Shown in pieces: positions 51,284 to 64,000 of a stretch of 64,000 nt of DNA. Both the position numbers and the translations under genes were made by a program. Origin of the DNA: Camelus ferus. Taxonomy: Eukaryota. Positions within the stretch are counted from its first letter, which is position 1. Every line of letters begins with the position of its first letter. The DNA lies in assembly GCF_009834535.1 (NCBI RefSeq), contig NC_045697.1, positions 73,968,001-74,032,000 on the forward strand. The letters run 5' to 3'. Under the pieces are notes generated by a model. The model saw nothing but the letters and a program-made list of their open reading frames with translations. It was not told the origin of the DNA and ran no database searches.

Positions 51284-54200
51284 AGAAGTCAAAAAACCCA
51301 TTTACCCCCTATCATGTGAATGTAATCATGTATTTTTAACTCTTTAGAGAAAATTATTTTGGTAACTGTTTAACTTTACTGTGAGTCAGACAACAGGCTA
51401 TTTTGTTCCTTCTTAGTGTTTCTAGTGGACAGCTCCCAGGGTCCTACACTAGGAATAGAGAGGCAAATGCAGCTCTGAGGCTATTTTTTCCCTTTAATGC
51501 TCCAATACTTGGGAAGTGGGAGCGAGTGCACTCCCAACATAGTCACGGGACATCTGAGTTCAAAGGGTGATCTCGTGATCATTATCTCATGTGACTCAGC
51601 GTGACTTCCCACCACACTCAGCTCACGTGCTTTCTGCCGCCAATTTCTTGATATAATATACTTTTGCCTAAATACTGCACACTGACAATTTAATTTCCAA
51701 ATGTAAAAATAGTGTATTAGTTCGTAAGATTAATAAGAAGAGTAGGGGACAATCTCTTTATGATCTGAAATTAATTAATTGATTAATCAATCCCAAAGTG
51801 CACACAAATCAGGCTGCCAGATAGTCTATTAATGATCAGTTGTCATAAAGAAGTGAAAATGAATGACCCTTTCTTCTGATGCTGTCACAACTTTGGCAAT
51901 TAATGACCGTATTCTCTGTGAATAGTGAAAAAGCTACCAGATGGTAACATTATTTCCTTCTACCTGAAGTTGTACTCCCATTTTCACAAATTACAGGAAG
52001 ATAATTGTCTTTGTGAACTATTTTCCTGGGACCAGAATTTTGACACTGATCCTGTCATCAAAGATCCATGTCCTATATGAAGCAATTGTCAAATTTCCAT
52101 TTGTGAAGAAAATAAAGACTCATTGTTTCTCCCTTTTATTTTTCCTCCAAGAGGCACCACCGTATACCATACTTATGGATGTGCACACAAAATGTCAGGT
52201 ATAATCATGTTTGCCAGTTAGATCGTCCCTCTGAGGGAAGGCAAAGAGGGGAGGAAGCCAAATGCATCTGCATGTAAAAAGTACCTCCTCTCTCCAGGAA
52301 AAAAGTATGATCTTACTCAAAATTACATTATAAAATGGATGCACATGTAGGTATCAGCAAATAATCCTGTGGCACAGTACCCCCAAGCGTCCAACCCTGA
52401 GGCCAACTGTTAACACTCCTCACATAATACGTTCCTTGTAATAAATTGCAAACAGCTTTCATGGGGTGGACAATTGCTTAGAGAGGGTGAATTTGTGCCA
52501 TCGTGCATTTGGCCAACATGGATTCCAGCTCTCATACCACCTGTTTTCTCTGGAATGCCGTCTCTGTTTTAAATCTTTCATTCAGTGCACACTGGAAGAA
52601 AAGCACTAAGGAGTGGCCAACCTCATTTGTTGCACTTCCTGTTTTACACCATGGGAAAACATCCACCCAAACAGATGCTAGTCCAAAGACAGTATTTTTA
52701 ATAGCCTGGTTGGTTTGCGTTCCTCCCCCTTTTTCGACATACTAACACACCGTCCAAAACTTAAGACTGAGCCACACTTTCATTGCCCAATGTAAGTGTT
52801 AAGGGGAAAATCGCCACAGATTTGCATTCATCTCTTTCTTGTCCCCAGCATGGCATACTGGGTGCCACAAACTGGAAATGCACCAAAAATGAGGAAAAAG
52901 CATTATCGTTAGACTCACACACAGAAAGAAAACATAATTTTGCCCCCAAATTCGTTATATCACAAGTACTATTTTTAAATTTAAAATGTTAAGCCATACA
53001 TTGAATTAGAGGACTGACATTTGACCTTTAATTCATAGTCACATTCACAAGAAATATGATCAGGTTGAGCAGTGGTTAAAAATCAAATTATGGCTGGAGA
53101 GCCTACCAGTAAGTTCTGTTACAAAAAACAAATCTCCATATAAAGAATGCTGTATTGTCTCATAACCACAACCATTTAAAATATCTATTAGTTGGGAAAA
53201 AACTTACAGCAAAGAATGGCAAAAATGATGCATATGTTCATTTCCACAAGTCATGACAATGCAATTATTTTTAAACACATATGGTAGGAAGGGGCCAACA
53301 GTTACCTTTCTCCTTTAAAGACTGCAAAGTACACAGAAAAGCTTGACAGAACACACAAGCAAATCCAAAACAACGGGCTTGGATTCAGATGATCTAGTTT
53401 CAGGTCAGACTCCCTTACTGGGTAGCTGGGTGGCTTTAGCAATTAACCTCTCTGGGCCCTACTGGCCTCAATTTACACGCAAGACTCTTTCCAGTTCAAA
53501 CTGTTCTATCTTCTAAATCTTCCTTCAGATGCAGAGAGGCAACCTATAGACTCTACCTACGGAGCCTTCAGCACATTTCTGCATTACATAAAATCTGCTT
53601 GTAAGTGGCTGGGTATAGCCTACAGCACTCATTCTACTGTAAGTTACATTTGTAGGACTTCTTTTGAGGGGCAGAAAGGTCGAGGCTGGGGTGGATACTG
53701 GTAAAGTCAAATTATGGTCTGAAAGCCTACCAAGAACTTCTAACATCTTCATGAGTAAATTAGTTTTAAATTGTTCTTAAATACGAAGGGAAAGGAGAAA
53801 TCAGAGAGTGACATTTAATATTGTGGGAAGGGAAGGGAAAACTAACTTTTCCGTGAGAAAATATTCCCTGAAATACAGTGGAGTTTAAAGTGGAGTTAGA
53901 AGTTGTTTTTTTTTTTTAATGAGAGTTTATCAACTGAACTATTTATATCAGAGCCACATGGATTGTGCTTCTCTGATTTCTCACTACATATTCATCTTAC
54001 TTGTTCTGCCACTCGAGATTATTCAGGCTTTTGATCTTGTAGTGTTTCTGTTCTGAAAATCAAAATATGTTACCTCTGCTTTCAGGTTCGGGAGGTCAAG
54101 TTTCAAACATGGAAGTTATTATCAATAATTATACCAAACCCCATGTAAGAAGCCACTCTGGGACAAGAATTTTGGCCTTTGAGCCTTGAGTCTATTTTTA

Positions 54201-55847
54201 TTTTGAAGTATTCCGTGTTTATTTTTGCCTCATACTCCATAAAAAAGCAGCAGTAAACATGTGATGATCAGCCTTAGCATTTTCACAATTACGGTACTGT
54301 TTTTAAGCCAGCTGAACTTTTCTTCCCTGGGGCATTAGAGGAATCTTGTGTAGAACCCTCAAATGCCTTAAATACTAATAATAGATAAGACCCTTCCCAG
54401 AGAGTCTTACATTCTGGATATCACTTATTCACTTGGGAAAACAAAAACAAGTAACACTAATCATTGTTTCAGAAAGCATAAGATAATATTCTAGGCGGCA
54501 TTAAAAAGTATATGGACTGCATAAAAAGTGAAGTATCAGGGTTTTTTCTTTTCTTTTGACACTAGAAAGATGGTTGCTGAATTCATTTGAGGGCTCTATA
54601 GCAAACAACCACCACCCCAAAAACAATAAAATAGAAAGGATTTCAAGAAAAGTATCAATGAGTAGAATTTTCAGAGGCAAGAATTATGCAGCTTGCAAAA
54701 AAAAAAAAAAAAAAGAGAGAGAGAGAGAGAGATTTAATGCTTAATTTTATGCTTTAAAGATTTGTGAGGAGTTTTCTGAGTACAGTGATCAGGTCCATAT
54801 ACTTCAAAAATAAAGTTAAAGGCACCGGTATTTAGGTTAGATATGTTAAATCTCCTCTTTCAGAGATCCTTAAAAGGAAGAGATTTTTATATTTCAAAGA
54901 TCTTATATGGCCTTGGAACAGAGCAGAGACACCCTCAAAATGCTTTCCGCTGCAGAAACAGAACACTGACTTCAGATGCAGGAGGCCGGTGATTTCCAGG
55001 AATCCACTTAACCTCTAAACATAATATAATAAGTAAAATGGAAAAAATATCTGTCTTCCTTACAGGATGTTGTAGCAATTTAATACAACAAGCATGAATT
55101 GTTAATGTGTAAAACAATAAGGCTAAAATTGTCTTGACACAACCTGTGCTCTCAGTGCGTTTATAATCCAGCAGCAGAGGCAATGTGAACAACGCTAATA
55201 TCAGCTATAGTGACCAAAATCCTGTAATGGGGGAATAAATCAATACTGCTACGCTTTCTCAGAGGAGAAAGTGATTGATTTCAACGTGAAGGGTGGGGAA
55301 GGTTTCACAGAAAAGGCAGCATTTGAGCTGAACTTGGAGGATAAGAAAGAGCTCAAGAAGCAATGAGATACAGTGGACAGGGCTTCAGGTGGTCCTGGAG
55401 TCAACAGCCCAAGTTTCGCTCCACTTCTGCCTGCATCACTTACCTGTTTCGACTCCTCAGGGCTGTTGCAACAGAAGCACATGCCTCTCTCTCATGGTGC
55501 CTTAGGAAGACAGAAGCCAGGTGTGGGGCTCGGTGGCCAATTATAATGGGCTCACTTAATCTAATGTCTGATAACTTAGAAATCAAAAGTGATTCTCATC
55601 AGGTATAAATTTTTCAGACTTGAAACCCAAAACACTTTTGAAATTTAATACTAAACTTAGTATTATTTTTACATAATTTTTATTCCTTTTCATTTTTTTC
55701 TAACATGAGGCAGTGATAATATTCTCTGTATGAGTCCATTACAAAGGCAGACATCTAGATTTCTTTCTCCTTTTTAAGAGTAGAGAACCTCAAACAGAAC
55801 ATTAACATGGAGAAATTCTCAATATGATGTAACCCTTGATTATCTAA

Positions 55848-56028
55848 ACCAATGGGTTTAAAATTTTAAAGGCCCTACGGGAGTGGCAGGGAAAACAAGT
55901 CTGTGGCCTCGTCTCCCAGAAATTCTGATTTAGCAGATTTTAGGGAAAGGGAGAAATCTGTACTTTAAGAAGCATTCAAGTGATTCTGGAGCAGGTGCTT
56001 CATCGACCCCACTGGCAAACACTCATCT
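55848..56028. mobile_element. MER5B-like MITE
   Basis: cccagaaattctgatttagcag...aatctgtactttaagaagc..caagtgattctg..gcaggtg. Confidence 0.65.
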
Positions 56029-57023
56029 ATACCTTGGACAGAATATAGAAAAAAGGATGAAAAGAACAGACCCTGACCCAGAACTTGAGGATGAGATCCA
56101 CTGAATAGAAGACAGCACTAATCAGGGACAGAGGTAAATCAGCAGTCACCTGAGACTCTTGACCTATGACGAGGCAATGAACCCCTTCTGGGGATAAATC
56201 ATCAAATGTTGCTATTAGTGAGTATACTAACTGTGAAACATGCATGCAGTCCTCGATGGAGGACTGGATTTTATGAAATCCAGTGTGCTCCTTCTGTAGA
56301 ATAATGGAGTGATACTAAATGTATCATGTATGAAATGACTGTGAAAAATAAAGAAAAGTTCATAGAAATTTCAGAGTAAAATAATAGCAAGCTTGAGAAA
56401 AACCGATCTTCAACAGCCCACCTCTTTGATTTTTCATTTCCATGGAAACTGGCTGTGGTGTTTGCCTAAAATTCCATCCATGGGTCATTTTTGGCTTCCT
56501 AATTTGTTTGAGGCACTTTTAACAATGATTCATTCTATTTTTTCGCACGATTTTTCCTCTATAAGTAGGTAGTATAAAATCTATTCAAGTTAACCATTCT
56601 GTGGGAATGGGGTGGCGAAGATCAGATTAGCTAGTCCAGAAGATATTCTGAAACAATCATGAAATAGCCACTCACTGAAATATAACTGTCAGCATAATAA
56701 TGATGACTATGGAACAATGTAGAAAGATGCTTATAATAAAAGTTTAAGTTCAGAGACACATATTTAGGATTATAACTATGTAAGATCATATACTATGGAG
56801 TCAGCTGGGATTACCTGTGCTGTAGTGAGCAAAGCTCACTAACGGGGCAGCATCTGAGCACCACTGACTGCTGGGAGGAGGGGAGCCGACTACGAGGTGT
56901 GAATTGCGCCACAAGACACCCAGCAGACATGGCTTCTCTCTGCCAACTCTCAGGAGACTAATATGCCACATGCCATAAACCATTAATCTATTCTTTGATA
57001 ATTCAGCTTAATATTTACAACCA

Positions 57024-57250
57024 CAGTTAATCCTTGAACAATGGGGTTAGGTGAGCTGACCCTCCCTGCAGTCAAAAATCTGTGTATAACTTAGAGTTGT
57101 CCCACTCTGTATATGCGGTTCCTCTGTATCTGCGCTTGGCATCCCTGGATCAAACTGAGTAGTGCAGATCATGCGGCATTTACTACGAAAAAAAATCTGC
57201 ACGTAAGTGGACCTGCGCAGCTCAAACCCATGTTGTTGAAGGGTCAACTG
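57024..57250. mobile_element. Tigger2-family (TcMar) MITE
   Basis: Terminal inverted repeats cagttaatccttgaacaa / ttgttgaagggtcaactg; TA at 57251-57252 (left copy CA). Confidence 0.85.
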
Positions 57251-57419
57251 TACTGAAACAATGGTTGTTCTCCATTTTATTTTATATCTTTCACTAAGTT
57301 TTATTATTTTTCATAACTTACATCAAGCCACCAACACCTGAAATTAAAAACAGATTCTCTCCTTAACATTCTTTGATGTCCCTCAAAGAGGCTCAGACTT
57401 TCCCAGAGACTTCTCAACT

Positions 57420-57720
57420 GAGTATTACTATTTCGCTTGGGCTAATCACTTAAACTCTGTGCCTGTTTCCTCATCTGTAAATCAGGCAAGCTCTGAGCTT
57501 TGCCTATATCACAAGGTGGCTGAAGGGGGAAGCAGTATGCATAGCAGGGTGAAATTCTGGCTCTGAAACTCAGTAGCTCTGTGCCCTTGGGCAAATTATA
57601 GAGGTTCTTGGAACTTCAATGTGAAGTGGGCAGTCTCTACCTTATAGGGTATATACATACATGACATCTAAAACAGCACCCAGTGTACAACAGATGCTCA
57701 AGAAATGGTAGCTATTATTA
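57420..57720 (+). mobile_element. Two MIR fragments
   Basis: cttgggctaatcacttaaactctgtgcctgtttcctcatctgtaaa; gctctgtgcccttgggcaaatta..ctaccttatagggt..tgctcaagaaatggtagctattatta. Confidence 0.7.
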
Positions 57721-57859
57721 TAGCAGTGCTTCATAAACCACAAAATATAACTGTAAATGCAATGTGTTCATAATAATAGAAATAAAAGGGGAGAAAAATA
57801 TAGGAACAGACTAGCAGTAGAACAGCACCGGAGTCTGAAACATACAAGATATGCTTGGA

Positions 57860-58450
57860 GAGGAGTAATATGACATGTGGAAATCACAGGGTCTGATTTT
57901 TATTCTCAAAATTATGAAAAGCCATTGAAGGCATTTTGAGAAAAACATGACAAGGCAACATCTATGCTTTAAGAAAATAACTGTTTGGAAATACAGAGGA
58001 TGATATGGAGGAAGAAAAGCCAGAGGCAGGGCAGCAACTTGGCTAGGAGACAAGAGGCATGAAATTGAGCCAGAGCAACGGAATGAGGCAGGCAGCAGGA
58101 GCTGGGAAGCAAAGAGGAGGGCTCGGAGGCTGTCATGAGAGTCCCAGAGAAGTAAGGGGGAAAACCAGCACCGCACAGGTGTCAAGAACAGAGAGGACAG
58201 AGAAATATTTAGATGATCTTCCTGAGTAAAGACAGGAGAACAGAGGTTCAGTATGATTTCAAGGGCCTGCGTAGGGGGCTAGGAGAATGTTAATTCCATT
58301 GTCCAAGAACAAGGGAAGATAATGAATTCAGTTTTGGACAAGAGGGATCAAAGGCATTTAAACAGCTGTCCAATAGACAGATCCCAGAAGAGAGACCTGA
58401 GCTTCTTACGTAGATTTGGGAGCCATCACCATAGAGATGAGAAGTAAAAT
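57860..58450 (-). mobile_element. L2 fragment
   Basis: tgattttattctcaaa..gaaaagccattgaagg..ttttgag; atgaattcagttttggaca; tagatttgggagccatca. Confidence 0.75.
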
Positions 58451-59996
58451 TAAGAGGACTCAAGAATCAAATGGAGTTTAGGACCCCCAAAATAAATGAT
58501 AGGAAAGAGCCTGAATAAATGTAAACACATTTACACAGGACTGAGAAGAGGACTGAGGTTGGCTAAATGAAGTCTCCAGCAGCAGTGGACTTGGAAAGAG
58601 ATAATATGGTATGAAAATGAGAACAGTAATATCTACAAACATCTTACTAACTTACTAAATTAACCACTTTTACATTAACCCATAGAAATAAAAGCTAATA
58701 AAATCATTGGGTTCCTTCAGCCATGGAAATTAGAACCAGTCAACACTCCATGCTTCTAAATTTCTGCTATGAAATTCAACAAAATCTTCTTTTCATGTCA
58801 ATAAATATCCAAAGAAGACTAACTCAAAAATTTCAATGTTTATTTATACATCCCATATCCCAAAACGTTTGAAAAAAAAGTTTCAACAAGAAGTTAGCAA
58901 ATTCTCAGAGATATGCCTGTTTCTAGCACTTGGGGGAGATGGAGCCTTGGAGTTCTTGGAGATTGGAATCCTAATGGCAGAACTTCAAATGTTCCAATCA
59001 CTTGCCAAGGAAGTGCCATACCTGATCTGTGTCTAAAACAGAGGAAGCAGAGTGTTAGGGAAGGGGTGAAGAGGGAGGGAGAGAGCATGAGACACATTTA
59101 ACTTAGACCTTTAGGAAGCACTTAGGCAGATAAAAACAATCAGAATTTAGCAGGACGCATTTCTCTACTTAAAGCTACTCACCTTTAAACTCCTGTCCAA
59201 CATTCTTTCATTTGGCCTCAGGCTTTGTAATAAAACTACGTTAAAATTTCTAGAGCCTTCCCACTTCATTTCCTACATCTTTCTGGGTCATTTTAGTCTT
59301 TATTGAATAATACTGAAGTTAGTGCCCTAGCTATAGTATGAAATGTCCGGGGAAACCGTACTGCAAAATTTGACCGCCTATCAAATACCAAAATGGGATA
59401 GTATTGCAAAGGAACGATGTTAGTTTCCCATATAAGGAATACAGCTTGCTTTCCCATGAAATCATATCTATAGATCTGCTCCTTTCTAAACATTTTAGAA
59501 TTTGACTCACAGCAAACAGTTCTCATTTTTCCTCCAAACTTACACATTGAGTATTCTAATGTTTTATATTTAAACCAAAAGTCTTGCAATATTCTTTAAG
59601 ACAAATGATATGCGCATATGCCTGTATTTAGAAATTTTTACCACAGAACATTTTTACTTGTTTCTCGAAACAGCTTCAAATAATGGTAATTAAAAATGAT
59701 ACTTTCAATACTACTATAAATTTTGATTATAAGGTCTTCAGTTAAAATGAGTGAGTCATTGAAATGATGAGAGGTAACACAGAAAATCTCCCATATTCAG
59801 ACATCTGAAGTCTTTTGAAATTTATCAGAACTACCTGGAATCTCAGTACCTCACCCAAAGTCACTACACAAACTACTTCCTAGCTTAAAAGTAATAAATG
59901 TGTTCCTTATTTTCTGAAATTAGGAAATAACTGATTTCATTTGAAAATTTTGATGACTATTTAAAAAACTTTTACTTCATTTACATAATTTTAAAA

Positions 59997-60148
59997 AACA
60001 TTTATTTATTATTGTATCACTTTATTTTAAATTTGTAGGGGGAGGCAATTAGGTTTTATTTTATTTTTAGAAGAGGTACTGGGGATTGAATCCAGGACCT
60101 CAAGGATGCTAAGTACGTGTGCTCTGCCACTTGACTATATCCTCCCCC
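59997..60148 (-). mobile_element. tRNA-derived SINE, Vic-1 type
   Basis: ggggaggcaattaggtt...gaggtactggggattgaatccaggacctc; TSD atttacataattttaaaa (59979-59996) / atttatataattttaaaa (60150-60167). Confidence 0.9.
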
Positions 60149-60626
60149 AATTTATATAATTTTAAAATTAATCTGTTATATTTTTTGTGGTCTCCACTAC
60201 TGTAAATAATAAATTTACATATCCAGCTCCTCTAACCATATACCATACCTTCTTCATTACTTCCTTTATTCGGTGAAAATGATGCCTGAAAGATAAGAAT
60301 TGAGTCTCTGTTATAATGAATGTTTAGATGGGTAAACTATACCCAGAATGGTTTTTTCCATGAAATTACAGAACAAAGTTTAGACCCAATGGCTCTCCAA
60401 CCTGAAAAAAGTGAATACTCTTCTTCGCCTTTTATTATTCTTGCCCATTTTTCAGATAAACAAACCACAGGCTTGGAGTCAAATTAAAAAAAAAAAAGCA
60501 TTCTTGAAAATATTTTCTCTCATTAACCCATGGGAACTACTGTGAATGTGAAGACAGAGGTTTTCTTTCAGTTGCTTCTTTGGCTAAGATCTTGAGAACA
60601 AACACCCAACACACATTCATAGCTAA

Positions 60627-60638
60627 GTGCATGTGTGT

Positions 60639-60671
<33 letters not shown>
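60627..60671. repeat. Compound (TG)n(CG)n(CA)n microsatellite
   Basis: 45 bp of uninterrupted purine-pyrimidine alternation. Confidence 0.95.
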
Positions 60672-60673
<2 letters not shown>

Positions 60674-61081
60674 TATATAATTTATTTAGCTGTCTTCTAG
60701 GGTGTTTAATTTTTCTGTTTCTTTTGATGACTGGGCCAAGATTCTTAGGATAGATATAATCTATGGTAGACAAGTTTGAAAGAAAGGATTTTCTGATACA
60801 AGATTTTTTTCCTAAGTAAGAACAATACATTTTTAAACTTTTTTTTTTTTTAACATTTTATTGGGAGATCCATTTTCCATAGAAAAGAATGTACACAGCC
60901 CAAGAATAATAGACTAAACATTTATGTAACCACCTCCCAAGTCAAGAAATGAAACATGCCAAGCACATCCCCAATCATAACCTCTTCTCCCCGAGTAGTA
61001 ACTGCCACCCTGGTTTTAAAGCATACTTTTCAGATTTCAAAATTAATAATCAACTCCTAATTCTCTGAATCTGCTCTGCCT

Positions 61082-61722
61082 CAGTAGCAAAAATCTGCCT
61101 TTGATATTTGAGGTCTGGGGCAAATGTACAAGTGGAGACCCATATACCATATACAAAGTATTAAAAAGTTATAAATCAAGCTAACAAAGTGATGGATAGA
61201 ATATATAAAGTGGTCCATTCTACTATCTGGATAAACACACCTTTGTATTGACTTCAAAGCTCTCATTTAGCATTCTGGACACCTCAGAGACTGCCAGAAC
61301 ATGGCAAAGTAAGAAGAGGCACATGGCCCTCATCCTGCCCCACTTCTCCTGCTACCCCAGGCTCCATCTGTGTTGAGGGCTTCACCTGCACAAGGGCAGA
61401 AATTTCTAGCTCACACATCTATGCATGCCTTATGTCCAAACAGCCACCACAGGCCCCTGCAGGAGTCATGGTGAGCACAGGGTCCACCTAATCATGAGCA
61501 TGGACTTGGGGAGAATTCCGCACAGGCCCTGGAAACAGGCTTGCAGCTGTCTGGGTAAGGAATTTCAGGGACTGGAGTAGTTAAAAGGTTGTCTAGGACT
61601 GGGGGCTCAACACACAGCTTTGGTTCCTTTGTCTTGCCCTGTGGGGAGGGAATGACTGGATGAGGGTCAAAAAGAAGGACCAAAAGCAGCACCCTCCTTG
61701 CTTAGGTCTAAGGTCAGTACTG
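61082..61722 (-). mobile_element. hAT-Tip100 DNA transposon fossil (MER115-like)
   Basis: gtacaagtggagacccatataccatat...aaagttataaatcaagctaacaaa and terminal aggtctaaggtcagtactg match recalled MER115. Confidence 0.65.
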
Positions 61723-61779
61723 AATAAGAATAACTCAGCAGGAAAATTTAAATTTTAGCAATACTAAAATATCCTCCAT

Positions 61780-62101
61780 AACAGTTAATGTGTCAATCTG
61801 GAGGATGGTTTTGGCTAAGACTAACACTTACATTGGCAAACTATTGGTAAAGCAGGTTGCCCTCCACAATATGGGTGGGCCACACTCAATCAGTTGAAGG
61901 CCTGAATAGAACAAAAAGACCAGTCTCAATAAGCAAGAAGGAATTCTCCAACAGACTGCCTTTGGACTGCCTTTGCATCACTGGCTTTTTTTGGGTCTCC
62001 AGCCTGCCGACCTATTCTGCAGATTTTGGAATCACTAAGCTAACAATCTCTTCAAATATATCTTCTATTAATTGTTTCTCTGAAGAATGCTGGCTAAAAC
62101 A
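61780..62101 (+). mobile_element. ERVL solo LTR (MLT2C/D-type)
   Basis: gtaaagcaggttgccctccacaatatgggtgggc..caatcagttgaaggcctgaatagaacaaaaag; gggtctccagcctgcc..ctgcagattttgga. Confidence 0.85.
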
Positions 62102-63703
62102 TTGCCCTGAATCATAAATGGATTAAGGCTATTTTTCCTTCTATTCTTTAAGAAAAAGGCTAATCAAATATGCTTTGTTTTATTTTCTACCATACAAAAG
62201 GATGTTGTAACTATGTAAATAAAGATTTCTGTACAAATTGTATGTGGAACATCTTTGAGATTTTCCAAGTACTTCAAAAACAAACAAACAAACAAAAACA
62301 AACAAAAAACCAAGAAAATCCTATTCAGCTTCCTAGCACAGAGAAAATGCTTAACCATGGTTGGTTCTGAGGACAGTAGGACTTAAATAAACCTGAGTGT
62401 GAAAGTAACACTACAACATAAAAATTATACTCATTGAGATTAGGCTTTTGGGACTTGATGGCTTTATTTTTCTAAACAGACTATAAAACAGAATCACTTG
62501 CATATTCTTTGAAACTGTTATGCTCTTTATTGTGCAGGACACCTATTACAAAGTCTGTTGGAAAGTCAGCTGTTTGGATTTATTGCTTAAAATTAGCAGC
62601 TGCTTCTGCTGGAGCTGTCAAACATTTCAGGGGGAGAAAATTTCGTATGATATAGAAAATAGAATAATTGAGCAGCTTCTCATGAACCTAAAAAGTATTA
62701 CAGAAAAGAAATGGACAAACTACTCAAGCTAAAACATTCATCACTACAACTATTTTAAAAATTATTCCTAGGATGTTTTTATTTCTTTATTCTTCAAATA
62801 TTTTTCTTGGTTAGTAAGAGCATATTCACAATGTACGAAGCCTTACACAGAAGAAAACAAACATCACAGGTAAGTCTAAGACTCAGAGATATTAACTATT
62901 AAAGTTTAGGGGTAAATTTTTTCTTTTTATATTTTTATCATATTAACATATGCCAAAAGAGAGACCAACATTTAAATTTGAAAATGATGGGTTCATGATA
63001 CGTATCAGCTATTTAACTCCTCGCCTACTGTCATCGACTTCCTGATTCTTAAAACACAGAACAAAGAAATGCATAAAGCAGCATCTGAAAGTGACCTCAT
63101 CCCAAACCCCACTCTCAGGGGTCACCATCTTGACATTTCACTTACTTCTCCTAATTTCTCCAAGGGGCAGAATGTGGGCACCCCCTACTTATCTAAGATA
63201 CATTCTCCAGGAAACTGTGAGTATTACTTTATACTCATTCTAAAAATGTTATCTCCCCTTTCCCACTCCAAAAATACTTCCCATGAATATTCATATCTTC
63301 AATTTCTTTCAAACAAATCCAGTGTTCTCATTACCAAAGTATTCCTCTTTTATCAACCAAGAAGGCTTACCCATGTACAAACTGTATTTTAAATGAGTAA
63401 GGACTATTCATACAAATGCCCTGTTCTCCAGATACCCCATCAGGTCCTTACAAGCACTTTCACCTGCAGGCTGTATTTGTTCAAATTAACTAACAAACAC
63501 GATACACTGAACCAGTATAAAATCTTGCTTTACTACTTGATATGAGGATTGATGTTCTTTCACTTGATTATAAGGATTAAACATTAAAGAGAAAAAAGTT
63601 CCTGATTTTTCATTCAGGTGCAGCAGGGTTTTAACCGAATTAAATTACCTTGTGTATTTTCTGTGCATTATGTTTCCATGGTTCATAATGATTCTCTATG
63701 TCA

Positions 63704-64000
63704 TTTTTTTCTTCTTCCAGTTTTACTGAGATATAACTGACATACAGCACTGTATAAGTTGAAGCTGTACTGCATAATGATTTGACTTACCTGCATCATG
63801 AAATGATGACCACAATATGTTTAGTGAACATCCATCATCCCATATAGACACAAAATCAAAGAAATACAAAAATATATTTTTCCTTGTGATGAGAGCTTCT
63901 AGGATTTACTCTCAAAAACTTTCAAATATAATATACAGCAACATTATATTTATCACACTATACATTATATCCCTAGTACTTATTTATCTTGTAACTGGAA
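63704..64000 (-). mobile_element. L1 3' end (L1MA9-lineage), runs off window
   Basis: ttttactgagatataactgacatacagcactgtataagtt...ccttgtgatgagag..aggatttactctc. Confidence 0.88.

Noticed and set aside
57485..57505. CTCF-like motif TCACAAGGTGGCTG
   Set aside because: Partial match only, lies among MIR fragments, and cannot be supported without PWM scoring or ChIP data.

Overview
Mammalian nuclear non-coding DNA, probably camelid (camel/alpaca/llama). The evidence is eight copies of a tRNA-derived SINE of the camelid Vic-1 type plus cetartiodactyl-style L1 3' ends. Roughly half the window is interspersed repeat: one degraded full-length L1 (27799-34670) with target-site duplications (TSDs), many 5'-truncated L1s, L2/MIR fragments, MaLR/ERVL solo LTRs, and hAT/Tigger DNA-transposon fossils. 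I recognise no intact cellular protein-coding gene, RNA gene or CRISPR array. The supplied ORFs are L1 remnants, low-complexity artefacts or chance ORFs. I found no convincing novel biological system. The best leads are a degenerate ~28-bp tandem array with an internal dyad (18809-19060), an internally deleted L1 that keeps both ends and its TSD (5002-7121), an unusually CpG-rich old MLT1E LTR (36061-36650), and a speculative hand-assembled minus-strand 3-exon ORF (48112-37203). Repeat subfamily names come from recalled consensus features, not database searches. Boundaries without a TSD are approximate.
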